Shown piece after piece: positions 37,646 to 50,174 of a stretch of 64,000 bases of DNA. Where the stretch lies: positions 48,298,001 through 48,362,000 of the forward strand of contig OZ336877.1 in NCBI GenBank assembly GCA_965287045.1. The letters run 5' to 3'. Numbering within the stretch: position 1 is the first letter of the stretch; every line of letters starts with the position of its first letter. The DNA comes from Carcharhinus amblyrhynchos. Lineage: Eukaryota. The notes beneath the pieces are model-generated. The model did no database searches, was not told where the DNA came from, and saw nothing but the letters and a program-made list of their open reading frames with translations. Position numbers and translations under genes: made by a program.

Positions 37646-39024
37646 AGTTGATCTGTTTGAATGGGAATATGCCTATCATTTGAGACAATACCAAGCCTAA
37701 TTAACTAAAGGAACACTCTCAATGTGATTATATTATGATCAGAGGTGGACTGGAGTTTCATTTTCAACAGAAAATGTGATGTGTTTGGTGGGATCATTCA
37801 AACGTGGCAGGTCAGTTAAGTCACAGAAAAATATTAAATCCTGTGGTTTCTTAAATTGTGCTGTTGATGTTTTTTTTAGTAAGGAATTGTAATCTCCTAT
37901 ATACATATATTTCACTTCTCTGACTAATGTAATGATGATGATTCTTGGAGGTCATTGAAGTATATTGAGAAAGAACCGTCAAGGGTAATTTGTAATTATG
38001 CAGGCACTCAGGTAGGAACTTGTTTTTGGTAAAAATGTGCGAGAGGCAATAGTTCGTCAATTTTACGTTGGCTTCAGTGAAAAGTGATATCAGGCATTGT
38101 GTAAAGCAAGCTGTTGATTCACTACTGCCTGATTCTGCATTTTTGCTAAACACCGTTTATTTCCATCTTAAGCGTTTGATTCCATGTTTTTAATTGAAGT
38201 AAGAATTGCTTTTGGAGATGACAATCAGTGGGTAATGTACCCAAGAATTACAATAGGGCCACCCTGACTGAGCTGCTCAAGTGTACAAGTGTGACCTTGG
38301 AGTTGACTCTTCCTCTGACCATATTGCATTCAAAGAAGGAAATTGCCCATTGCTTGGTACTTCCCAGTGATTGCAGTAAGCACTATACAAACTCAATGAA
38401 AAGGCACGTGGATTGAAAATTCAGTAGTGTAGATGAATTGTACCTATACTCCAATATTCTTTGTACCTTACACTATTGCTCCAAAGTTCAGTGCTGTTGC
38501 TCTATTTTCATTTACAAAGCACTTTTGGAAGAAAAAACCTCAAATTTATTTTGACCAGTATCGTTTTAAGAGTTTGCTATTAGCAGTTAGCAGATAATAT
38601 ATTCTTTGTTTTGGTTTCCAGTGAAGTTATTGACATAAGTTGTTGAATTATCAGGCAAGTGTAACAGTCGTTACTCCATAACTGAGTTATAAAAATTAAT
38701 TTAAGTGATTGGGTGTGTATAAAATAAACTGCTGAAGAAAAAGTTGCATTATTAATTTTTAATGTTGGTTAAATTTGACATCTTGTATTGTGGGGCAAGT
38801 GAGGGCTCGAGAATTTTCCATGCCTCCAGTGGGGTCTGCTTCAGCAAGTGGTTTCCTTTTCAAAGGAACAGCTTCGCAGATATTTGTGCATATAATTGAG
38901 TGTTTAGAAACAAAAAAAAATGACTCTTGCAACAGTTTTTGTGATGGAAAGATATGAACTTCAAGATCTATTTGAGTTTCATGCTAATTGGTGTCCTTAC
39001 GCTGAGAAATCTCTCTTTTGGCAG

Positions 39025-39129
39025 AAACGTGCAAAGGGACAAGTTCTCTTTGACAAAGTCTGTGGGCAGCTCAACCTTCTGGAAAAAGATTACTTTGGTT
39101 TGACATTTCGGGACTCTGAAAATCAAAAG
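39025..39129 (+). CDS. EPB41L3: EPB41L3 coding exon, FERM N-lobe ([35 protein letters not shown])
   Basis: ctctcttttggcag|AAA acceptor and AAG|gtaagt donor; 105 nt, phase 0/0, in frame with the previous exon; classic band-4.1 [11 protein letters not shown] motif. Confidence 0.96.
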
Positions 39130-39339
39130 GTAAGTTAGAAAGTTGAATGTTAGATTGGTTCAGTTATGCCTGTGAACAGGGAAAATGAGTTTATTTCTTG
39201 CTGAGCCAATGCTGATACTGCTGCTTTGAACTGTGTTTTCCTTTTGATTTTACTGGAAGATGAATTAAAACCAGGAAATTTGCTTAATTGTTGTGCCAAT
39301 TTATTTTTGCAGAAATATGGGCCTGATGATACTTGATTT

Positions 39340-39730
39340 AAAGAGGGGGAATCTTATTGAAACTTACAGATACTGAAAGACCTGGATAGAGTGGATGTGG
39401 AGGAGATGTTTCCATTAGTAGGAGAAATTAGGATCTGAGAGCACAGCCTCCAGATAAAAGGATGCCCCTTTAGAACTGAGTTGAGGAGGACTTTCTTCAG
39501 CCAGCAGGTGGTGAATCTGTGGAATTCATTGCCACAGAAGGTTGTGGGAGCCAAGTCATTGAGTGTATTTAAGACAGAAGTAGAATAGTTCTTGTTTTGA
39601 AAGGGGATCAGAAGTTACAGGGAGTAGGTGAGAGAATGGGGTTGAGAAACCTATCATCCATGATTGAATGGCAGAACAGGCTTGATGGACTGAATGGCCT
39701 AATTCTGCTCCTTTCTCTAATGGTTTTATG
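39340..39730 (+). mobile_element. CR1 3' end
   Basis: ggggaatcttattgaaacttacag...agaactgagttgaggagga...gtgaatctgtggaattc...gaatggcctaattctgctcct. Confidence 0.88.
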
Positions 39731-40494
39731 CTCAACTTGAATTAGTGTGAACTTTTTTTTGGGTGCAAGTTACTTGGACTCGATATGAGAGGACGTCAGT
39801 TAGGTGGCTTCTCATACACTGCAGTATAACTACATCCAGGTGACAAATGAAGTTTAAAATATTCCTCGGTAATTATTTGGACTGGTTAGCAGCCTAGACT
39901 TCATTCTTAATGTTAGCTCAGATGTGACTGCTTAGTTAGAAAAGGGAAGCATGTTAGCTCAGAAAATAAATCAGGATATAAAAAAGGCATATAAAAGAGG
40001 CAATATTACAATAATCATGGGGATTTCAATTGTAAGGTGGACTGGGAAAATGAAGTAGGTAGTGGACCCCAAGAAAAGGAATTTGTGGAATGTCTAAGGG
40101 ATGGTTTTCTTTGAGCAGCTTGTGACAGAACCTACAATATGGTAGAATTTACCATGCAGTTTGAGAGGGAGAAGCTGAAATCAGATGTAACGGTATTACA
40201 GTTACATAAAAGTAACTATAAAGACATGAGGGAGAAGCTGGCCAGAGATGATTGGAAAGGGATCCCAGCAGGGAAGACAGTGGAACAGCAATGGCAGGAG
40301 ATTTTGGAGAATATTCAGGAGGCACAACAGAATTTCATCCCAAGGAGGAGGAAACATGCTAAAGGGAGGACAAGGCATCTATGGCTGACGAGGAAAGCAT
40401 ATAAAGCGGCATGGATTAGTGGGAGGCGAGAGGATTGGGAAGCCTTTAAAAGTGAGCAGAGGACAACTAAATAAGCAGTAACGGGGGAGAAGAT

Positions 40495-41755
40495 AAGAAC
40501 ATAAGAAGTAGGAGCAGGAGTAGGCCATCTAGCCCTTCGAGCCTACCCCACCATTCAATAAGATCATGGCTGATCTGAAGTGGATCAGTTCCACTTTTCC
40601 GCTTTCTCCCCATAACCCTTAATTCCCTTGTCTATCAGAAACCTATCTACCCGTGTCTTAAATATATTTAACAAGGTAGCCTCCACCACATCAATGGGCA
40701 GAGAATTCCAGAGATTCACCACCCTTTGAGTGAAGAAGTTCCTCCTCAACTCCGTTCTAAACTGCGCCTCCCTTACCTTGAGGCTGTGCCCTCTAGTCCT
40801 ACTGTCCTTTCTGAGCGGGAAGAATCTCTCTACCTCTACCCTATCCATCCCCTTCATTATCTTATACGTCTCTATAAGATCCCCCCTCATCCTTCTGAAC
40901 TCCAACGAGTACAGACCCAGCCTATTTAGTCTCTCTTCATAGTCCAACCCCCTCATCTCTGGTATCAGCCTAGTGAACCTCCTCTGCACTCCCTCCAAGG
41001 CCAAAATATCCTTGTGCAAGTGCGGCGACCAAAACTGCACACAGTACTCCAGCTGCAGCCTCACCAGTGCCCTGTACAGTCGCAGCAGGACCTCCTTGCT
41101 TTTATATTCTATCCCCCTCGCTATAAAGGCCAGCATTCCATTTGCCTCCTTGATCACCTGCTGCACCTGCAGACTGAGTTTTAGCGACTTGTGCACAAGG
41201 ACCCCCAGGTCCCTCTGCACTGTAGCATGCTGCAGCTTTTTGCCCTTTAAATAGTAATCCCTCCTACTATTATTCCTGCCAAAGTGGATAACCTCACACT
41301 TGCTAACATTATACTCCATCTGCCAGGTCCTCACCCAATCGCTCAGCCTATCTAGATCTCTCTGCAGACTTTCCACACCCTCAGCACAATTTGCTTTTCC
41401 ACTCATCTTTGTGTCATCAGCAAATTTTGACACACTACACTCAGCCCCCTCCTCCAGATCATCTATATAAATGGTAAATAGCTGAGGCCCCAGCACTGAT
41501 CCCTGCGGCATTCTACTAGTCACCAACCGCCAATCAGAATAGCACCCATTGATACCAACTCTCTGCCTCCTATTAGACAGCCAATCCTCTATCCACGCTA
41601 ACACCTCACCCCCAACTCCATGCCCCCTAACCTTCTGAAGCAACCTTTTGTGCGGCACCTTATCAAACGCCTTCTGAAAATTGAGAAACACCACATCTAC
41701 CGGTTCCCCTCTGTCTACCACACTAGTCACATCCTCATAGAATTCCAATAAATTT
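40495..41755 (-). mobile_element. Young 5'-truncated CR1 with open RT C-terminal frame and 8-bp TSD
   Basis: ORF 40585-41973 (NLLEFYEDV...FADDTK...KGYGEKAEKWN); GAGAAGAT at 40487-40494 and 41756-41763; host CR1 reads through when the insert is removed. Confidence 0.96.
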
Positions 41756-41963
41756 GAGAAGATGAAATATGAGTGTAAGCTAGCTAGTACCATGAGATAG
41801 AAAGACCTTTCTTTCAATATATAAAAGGTAGGAGAGGTAAAAATAGACATTGGACTATGGAAAATGAGGTTGGAGAAGTAATAATAGGAAACAAAACAAT
41901 GGTAGAGGAACTGAATAATTACTTCAGTCTTCACAGTGGAAGACACCAGTGCCAGAGTTCCAG

Positions 41964-42147
41964 TAACTTGCACCCAAAAAAACAGTTCATACTAATTCAG
42001 GTTGTATATAAAACCATTAGAGAAAGGAACAGAATTAGACCAGTCAATCCATCAAGCCTGTTGCGCCATTCAGTCATGGATGATAAGTTTCTCAACCCCA
42101 TTCTCCCACCTTTTCCCTGTAACCTCTGATCCCCTTTCAAAACAAGA
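41964..42147 (-). repeat. Inverted copy of 39590-39773 (CR1 tail plus adjacent flank)
   Basis: Reverse complement aligns by eye at about 90% identity, including gaattagt.tgaact..ttttgggtgcaagttac; flanked by AGAGTTCCAG and AGAGCTCCAG. Confidence 0.88.
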
Positions 42148-44270
42148 GCTCCAGAGACACAAGTGTGTGTAGTGGCCATCACTAAGGAGAAGGTTCTGGG
42201 GAAACTGAAAGGCCTGCAGGTGGATAAATCAAATGGACCTTGGATTACACCTTGGGGTTCTAAAAGAGATAGCTGAGGAAATTGTGGAGGCATTGGTGGT
42301 GATCTTTCAGGAATCACTGGAGGCAGGGAGGTGCTAGAGGACTGGAAAGTAACAAATGTAATACCGCTGTTTAAAAAAGGAGGCAGCAGATGGGAAATTA
42401 TAGGCCGGTTAGCCTGACTTTAGCATTGGCAAGATTTTACAGTCCATTATTAAAGATCAGATCAGAGTACCTGGAAATGCATGATAAAGTAGGACTGAGT
42501 CAGTACAGCTTTCTCAAGGGGAGGTCATGTCTGACAAATCTGTTAGTTCTTTGAGGAGGTACCAAGGAAGTTAGATAAAGGAGAACCAATGGATGTGATT
42601 TATTTAGATTTCCAAAAGGCCTTTGACAAGGTGCCACATGGGAGACTGTTAAATAAGTTAAGAGACCATGGTGTTATGGGTAAGATCCTGGCATGGATAG
42701 AGGATTGGCTGACTGGCAAAAGGCAGAGTGTGTGGACAAAGAGGTCTTTTCTGGATGGCAGCCAGTGACTAGTAGTGTGTCTCAGGAATCAGTGCTGGGA
42801 GCACAACTTTTCACAATATACATTAACGATTTGGAGGAAGGAACTGAAGGCACTGTTGTTAAGTTTGTAGATGATATGTAGAGAGACAGGTAGTATTGAG
42901 GGAGCGGGGGGCTGAAGAAGGACTTGGACAGGTTAGGAGAGTGGGCAAAGAAGTGGCAGATGGAATACAATGTGGAAAAGTGAGAGGCTATGCATTTTGG
43001 AAGGAGGAATGAAGACATAGGTTATTTTCTAAATGGGAAAACGTTTAGGAAATTAGAAACACAAAGAGACTTGGGAGTCATTGTTCAAGATTCTCTTAAG
43101 GTTAACGTGCAGGTTCAGTCAGCAGTTAGGAAGGCAAATGCAATGTTAGCATTCATGTCGAGAGGGCTAGAATACAAGAACAGGGATGAACTTCTGACAC
43201 TGTATAAGGCTTTGGTCAGACCCCACTTGGAGTATTGTGAGCAGTTTTGGGCCCATATCTAAGGAAGGATGTGCTGGTGTTGAAAAGGGTCCAGAGGAGG
43301 TTCACAAGAATGATCCCTGGAATGAAGAGCATGTTGTATGAGGAACAGTTGAGGACTCTACTCGTTGGAGTTTAGAAGGATGAGGGGGGATTTTATTGAA
43401 ATTTACAGGATACTGTGAGGTCTGGATAGAGGGGATGTGGAAAGGATGTTTCCTCCAGTAGGAAAATCTAGAACCAGAGGGCACAACCTCAGGCTAAAGG
43501 GGCAACCCTTTAAAACGGATGAGGAGGAATTTCTTCAGCCAGTGAGTGGTGAACCTGTGGAACTCTTTGTCGCAGAAGGCTGTGGAACTTAGGTCATTGA
43601 GTGTCTTTAAGACTTTTGGTGGGACAATTGAGGAACAGTAGAGGACTTTCAAAGCGATCTTTCACAGTGCTCAGCAAAAGTATATACCAGTGATGAGGAA
43701 TGACTTTCGAAAAAGAGATAATCAGCCATGGATATTTAAAGAAATAAAGGAGAATATCAAATTGAAAGAAAATGCATACAAAGTGGGAAACTAGAGGATT
43801 GGGAAGTCTTAAGGTCAACAAAAAAGCTATAAAGGAAAGTAAGGTGGATTATGAGAGTAACCTAGCTCAGAATATAAAAGCAGATAACAAACATTTCTAC
43901 GAATGTATAAAACGAAAAAGAGTGGCTAAAGTAAACATTGGATGAATAGGTGGGTGTAATAAATGGAAATGAGAAAATGGCTGAGGCATTGAACAGATAT
44001 TTTATGTTGGTCTTCACAGTGGAAGACACAAATAACATGTCAAACATTGATGACAGGCTATGGCACGGGAGGACCTAGAAACTACCACTGTCACGAAAAA
44101 GGCAGTGTTGGGCAAGCTGATGAGGATAAAGATATGAAAGTCTCCTGGTCCTGATGGAAAGCATCCCTGAGTGCTGAAAAAGATGTGGGAATGCTGGCGT
44201 TGGACTGGCGTAAACACAGTAAAAAGTCTGACAACACCAGGTTTTAGTCCAACCGATTTATTTGATAATA

Positions 44271-44306
44271 CTCAAGCTTTCGAGGGGACTGCCTCTTCGT
44301 CAGGTG
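44271..44306 (-). ncRNA. Minimal hammerhead-ribozyme motif, inverted pLTR copy
   Basis: Reverse complement of the same core (aagctttcgaggggactgcctcttcgtcag). Confidence 0.6.
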
Positions 44307-44864
44307 AATGGAGAGTTCTGGCCTTAGACAGAGCATATAAAGCACAGACAGTTTAGAGATTACTGATTAGAATGCGAATCCCAAGGCGGCCTTCATGACA
44401 CACGACAGCTAACGACAACGGATGAATGAACGTCGCTCGACAATCACCAGGCAAGACTGTTCACTTCCTGTTGGCGAACACTTCAGTGGTCACGGGCATT
44501 CAGCCTCTGACCTTCGGGTAAGCATTCTCCAAGGCGGCCTTCATGACACACGACAGCGCAGAGTTGCTGAACAGAGACTGATAGCCAAGTTCCGCACACA
44601 TGAGGACGGTCTCAACAGGGATCTTGGGTTCATGTCGCACTATCTGTAACCCCCGTGACTTGCCTGGGTTTGCAAAACCTCACTTACAGAGATGTGTATT
44701 GTCTCCAGACAGTACAGTAACCTGTGATCAGTGCTCCTTCCACTCACATTGTCGGCCACTTCAGGTCTTGAACAGCAGGTTAAGTGTAAGGATTCGCATT
44801 CTAATCAGTAATCTCTAAACTGTCTGTGCTTTATATGCTCTGTCTAAGGCCAGAACTCTCCATT

Positions 44865-44900
44865 CACCTGACGAAGAGGCAGTCCCCTCGAAAGCTTGTA
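44865..44900 (+). ncRNA. Minimal hammerhead-ribozyme motif in the Penelope pLTR
   Basis: CTGACGA-A-GAGG(cagtcc)CCTC-GAAA-GCTT: conserved core boxes, stem II and palindromic AAGCTT stem III. Confidence 0.65.
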
Positions 44901-47900
44901 TTATCAAATAAATCGGTTGGACTAAAACCTGGTGTTGTCAGACTTTTTACTGAAAAAGATGGCAGGGGAAATAGCAAATGCACTAGTAGTGATTTACCAA
45001 AATTTGCTGGACTCTGGGGTGGCTCCCGCAGATTAGAAAACAGCAAATGTGACATCACTGTTTAAAACAGGAGGTAGTCAAAAGGCAGGTTAGTTTAACT
45101 TCGATAGTAGGGAAAATGCTTGAATCTATCATCAAGGAAGAAAGAGCGAGACATCTAGTTATAAATTGTCCCATTGGTAAGACGCAGCATTCATGAAGGG
45201 CAGGTCATTTTGACTAATTTGGTGGTATTCTTTGAGCACATACATGCACAGTGGACAATGGGGAACCTGTGGATCTGGTGTATCTGGATTTCCAGAAGGC
45301 ATTTGACAAGGTGCTGCACCAGACACTGCTGCGGAAGATAAAGGTGCACAGTGTTATAAGTAATGTATTAGCATGGATTAGAGGATTGGTTAATTAACAG
45401 AAAGAAAAGAGTGGGGGGTAAATGGGTGTTTTTCTGGTTGGCGATCAGTGTTGGGACTGCAATTGTTTATGATTTACATGGGTGAGATGGAGTTGGGGAC
45501 CAAGTGTCATGTGTCAAAATTCGCAGATGAAACTGAGATGAATGGCAGAGCAAAGTATGCAGAGGACGCTGAAAGTCTGTAAAGGGATGCAGATAGTCTA
45601 CGTGAGTGGGTGAGGGCCTGGCAGATGGAGTACAATGTTGGTAAATGTGAGATCCTCCATTTTGGTAGGAATAACAGCAAAATGGATTATTATTTAAATG
45701 GTATAAAAATTGCAGCATGCTGCTGTGCAGAGGGACATGGGTGTCTTTCTGCAGGAATCTCAAGGAGTTGGTTTGCAGGTGCAGCAGGTAATAAAGAAGC
45801 CAAATGGAGTTTTGTCCTTCATTGCTAGAGGTATGGAGTTTAATAACAGCAAGGTTATATTGCAGCTGTGTAAGGTGCTGGTGAGGCCACACCTGGAGTA
45901 CCGTGTACAGTTTTGGTCTCCTTACCTGAGAGAGGATATACCGGCACTGGAGGAGGTGCAGAGGAGATTCACTAGGTTGATTCCGGAGTTGATAAGATTG
46001 GCTTATGAGAAGAGACTGAGTAGACTGGGGCTATACTCATTGGAATTCAGAAGAATGAGGGGAAATCTTATAGAAACATTTAAGACTATAAAGGGAATAG
46101 ATACAATAGAAGCAGGGAAGTTGTTTCCACTGGCACGTGAAACAAGAACTAGGGGGCATGGCCTCAAAATAAGGGGGTGCAGATTTAGGATTGAGTTGAG
46201 GAGGAACTTCTACACACAAAGGGTTGTGAATCTGTGGAATTCCTGCCTAGCGAAGCAGTTGAGGCTATCCCATTGAATGTTTTTAGGGCAAGGACAGATA
46301 AATTTTTGACTAGTGAAGGAATTTTGGGTTATTGTGTGTGAGCAGTCAAGTGGAGCTGAGCGCATGAAGTTATTGAATGGTGAGCAGGTTTGAGGGACCA
46401 GATGGCCTTCTCCTGTTCCTAGTTCTTATGGTCAGTTGTGATGGTTAGTTGGAAAAGGGAGGCTATCTTACATAATTAATGAACATAGAAAAGACAAAGA
46501 AAAAGCTAATATTTGTCTCAATCTAGGATCTTTAATGAAGGCACGTGCATGGAATGTCTTCCCAAATAAGAATCTGAAGTCCAGTGACTGACCAATTGAA
46601 AGAATTCCCTAATACCTGTTTGGATTAGAAAATGTTCACCTTCATTCCAGGAAAAAGAAGGATCTATGGTGCATTAGTATCTCTGTAAATGGTATACTAA
46701 TTGTAGTACTGGCAGGAAGTCAACTAATCTTTCAATGTTGGTCCAAGTGTAGTTGTAATGTATTTATTTACTGCAGCATTTAGAGGTCACATTGGATTTG
46801 CAACCAGAGTAATTAAAGCAGAATGTCTTGAGTTTCATCAGTGTGAGGTAATCTAGCAGTGGCCAGCATTTCAGCTGATATAGGTTATGTTACAAGATCT
46901 TCAACACATAGAGTTCTGCAGCAATCTTAACACCTGGACAGTTGATAATGCATTCATTGGACCCTCTTGAAGAATTTTGGCTGAGGGTTGAAGTCAGAAG
47001 ATATGACTGCCCACCTGTCTGCACTCTTGCATCAAGGGACTTTCAAAGGATGGGAAGTGGTGTACCAGAAAGTTATTTGCCATCTTGCACTTCATAGATA
47101 CAGCAATTAAATTCCACTCTGGATAAATATCCATGTTTGACTTGCATTGTGATTATAGCCCAGCCCATTGACCCATGCAGTAGATAGGACTTCTGCTGAG
47201 CTCCTATCAACTGTTGTAAGTGACAATCACCAGTTCATTCAGTGGTCACTAATTCTTCAAGTTCAGTAATCTTAAAAGTAGGTTGAAGGACGGAGAAACC
47301 TAATGTAAGCTCCACACAGGGAATAAAGATCATTGCTTGCAGGAAATTGAAGTAGCAGAAGAAGGGTAGAAAGAAAGATAAAGAATGATAACTAAAGTCA
47401 GCGAGTTCGCAAGCGGTTATGCGAGCCAGAGAAATTAAGGGTTGAATAAAGGGTGGCTGCAGAAACCTAGGAAGGCTGGGGAAGGGGTGGCAGGGTGCGT
47501 ATCACAGGTTGTTTGAAGTATAATGTCTTTGCAAACCTGCTCGAAAGGTGGTTATATGGCTTTGAACTAGTTAGGGGAGTAAAAGGGAGAATGATGTATC
47601 ATTTAAATTGCTGCCTATAGCCTCAGTCATTTGTCAGTAAGATTTGGTTTGAATACCTATGTCTCCCAAACATCTTTTTTAAGATCCAGAAGTTAAATTA
47701 TTAGGTGGAATTTCAATTGTAAAAAGTGTTTCATAAATATTAAATGAGTCGTTTTCAAAGGAAATTGAACAAAAATTCTTTCCTCTACGAGAAGAACATG
47801 TAATACCCATCTTGTAGTTTCCAGAATTTTCGAAGGAACATTTTTAGATATGTCTTCTGCTTAAATTAAGTTATGTTCCACTGCACTTGCAATATTATTT

Positions 47901-48944
47901 TTCACATGTTGTAGACTCATGTTTAGAGGTGCTTTTGAGAAATTAGTTGTTGGGTGGCTTGCATATCAGCATTCACTAATTTCTGTGCATACCATTCATT
48001 ACTTGTGCCTATGCACAGCAGCTTCAGGTCATTAGGAGGGCAAAGCAGCTTGGTGCCCTTTACAGGAATTGTGAACAGGGCATCAACAGTGTCTCTTTAA
48101 TTGGATTGAAAAAAGTTATATTGTACCATGCGGACTCTAAACATGAACTTAAAATACTTGGTGCAATGCCAATTAATGTACAGAAAGCGAAATAGAGAGA
48201 GAAAGAAGGATGTGATTAAAAGAGATGAGGGGTAATCCTTTCTTAAATTTAAAAGTTCACACTTAATCAAATTTTCAATGCCAGAGAGGTTGGTTGGCAG
48301 TAATTAAGACTTATCAAACTGTTAAAGTATTCAGTTATACTTGACTGTACAAATTTTAACCTTTTTATGAACTATTTAGTGGATAAATACAGCACATTCA
48401 CACCCTTCTATGTATAATGTCTACTATATGCATGTCAAAATGTCTTGGTGAGTATCGTTAGTGCAAAGCTTCTGAAAGAGCAAGGCTACTTGGACAGCAA
48501 CCTCTTGATTTCCTTGTTTATCAGTCCATGCATGGATGCCAGAAGTTACTCTGTGAACCAAAATCTGGACCAATAGTTTATGGCCAACCACATTGTCTCT
48601 ATTTCAAATCCACGGGCTCTAAACTGAGATTATATTAATTTCCCATCAACTCAAATCTACTTGCTTTCCTTGCTATCCTTTCCCTTTAGATTCTATCTGA
48701 TGGCACCTAAATCTTTCAATAATTACCTAATTTGGTCTCTTATTTGTCAACCTCACTCATGTCTTTCACAATTTGTCCTGACTTTTGGCATCGTTTCTCA
48801 GTAAAAGTAGTATTCTTTTCACTAACTGCGACTTGATTTTGGATAACCCTTAGTTAATTATCATCCTGCCCTAAACCAATTTACTTCATTTTGACATTCC
48901 ATATTATATTTGTAAAGCTAAAGATATAAAATGTTGTATTTCAG

Positions 48945-48987
48945 AACTGGTTGGACCCAGCTAAGGAAATAAAAAAGCAAATCCGAA
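48945..48987 (+). CDS. EPB41L3: EPB41L3 coding exon, FERM (NWLDPAKEIKKQIR+S)
   Basis: tgtatttcag|AACTGG acceptor and CGAA|gtaagt donor; 43 nt, phase 0/1; WLDPAKEIKKQ motif. Confidence 0.95.
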
Positions 48988-49699
48988 GTAAGTACATTTT
49001 ACTAATGACTTGAAATTCAGTTCATATGTAATGATGTTTGAAAGGTAGCACATTGTAGGAGCTTTCTATTTATCTTTTTATGAGGATATTATTGCCGTTC
49101 ACATTTTGTTGGCCCTTCCAACAATAAAGCATATGTTCCGGTGATTTTATATTTTTTCATTTTTCCAGTTAATGCTTTTGCTTCTGTAAAGGTTTATAGC
49201 ATTCAAAAGGTCAGAAGCCCAGTATATTTTTATCTCTTACAAAATGTATATTCTTCTGTCTGCTTTATTGAAATTATGATTGCCATTTAATCCCAAGCCT
49301 AGTTATTGGGAAACTGCTCAAGCAGAAACGGATAGAATGGTGAATTACCATAATGATTGCGATGTCGTGAACCCACATGAGCATTACTCATATCGGCCTG
49401 CAAAGTAATTATGGAAAGGAAGAGAGAATACTTGGGAAATTAAACATGAAAGATATTGTGTATAATCAGAATTGTGATAACTTTTTTAAATTGCAAGTCC
49501 TTATTTTTAGTACAAGAAGAATTTTCAGGAAGTGGCATGGCAGTGACATCAAACAAGATGCCAGATTCTCTTTGTCCAATTGTGAGAACTTGTGTGACTC
49601 CTTTTTGCTTTCACTGTTGTCTCTTGTTTTGAAGATTTATACCACTCTCGCTCTATGTTCTTGTTTAAAAGTATTATGTTAATCAAATTTATACTGACA

Positions 49700-50100
49700 T
49701 TCAATCTCCATACCAAATCCCTCTAAGAGTTGCTGATTCCAGCTCCACATTTGCTTTCACCTTAGCTTCACTGCAGTTGAAACTCTAATCAATGCCTGTT
49801 AGCAAGGCTTAACTTTTTTCAATGCTCTTGTTGCAGTCTCCCACAAATTCTAACTTATTTTACTGTACGCTGCATAAATCCTGTCTTTAGATGACCTGTA
49901 CTGGTTCCCAGCTCTTCAAAACATTGCAAACTTTTCATGCTCGTTTGCATATCTTTTCATCATCAAATGCAACTCATCAGTTGCAACCTCCTGTATTCCT
50001 GTGTCTCTGTTCACTTCCTCTCATCTGACACTGATCTACTCTATCCCATTTCCTGCTGCATTGTTGCATTTACAAGAACTCAATCATTAGAATGGCAAGA
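49700..50100 (+). mobile_element. Decayed L2 LINE 3' region
   Basis: gttgaaactctaatcaatgcc (ETLIxA), aatgctcttgttgcagtctccc (NALLAGLP-like), gatgacctgtactggttccca (DLxWxP). Confidence 0.55.
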
Positions 50101-50174
50101 TCATACCAGTTAGCACAGTACAATTTTTTTTATATATAAAATAAAACTTTGATCGTACTTCCATAATGTTTTAG

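Larger units (their letters stand above)
39960..43612 (+). mobile_element. Decayed CR1 ORF2 (EN to RT) lacking its 3' tail, with two nested inserts
   Basis: IIMGDFN at about 40010; ORFs 40139-40474, 42693-42881 and 42990-43262 are CR1 ORF2 pieces; ends at gtgtctttaagac. Confidence 0.9.
44186..44949. mobile_element. Penelope-like element: GIY-YIG endonuclease C-terminus between inverted pseudo-LTRs, 12-bp TSD
   Basis: ORF 44422-44649 RQRMNERRSTI...PVGEHFS..GHS..DLRV.ILQ......QRRVAEQRLIAKFRTHEDGLNRD; inverted repeat 44217-44381 and 44790-44952; CTGAAAAAGATG at 44174-44185 and 44950-44961. Confidence 0.92.
43613..46432 (+). mobile_element. CR1 LINE, 5'-truncated and decayed, carrying a Penelope insertion
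   Basis: ORFs 45610-45828 and 45710-46276 (VQRDMGV...LVRPHLEY.VQFWSP...RVVNLWNS); tail ctgttcctagttcttatg. Confidence 0.92.

Noticed and set aside
38920-39138. 72-aa ORF as a stand-alone gene
   Set aside because: Only 39025-39129 is FERM-like and bounded by AG/GT; the rest is intron read-through.
47330-47610. Purine-skewed, CpG-containing stretch considered as a NUMT or foreign insert
   Set aside because: I could not recognise any mitochondrial gene or reading frame; a BLAST search would be needed.
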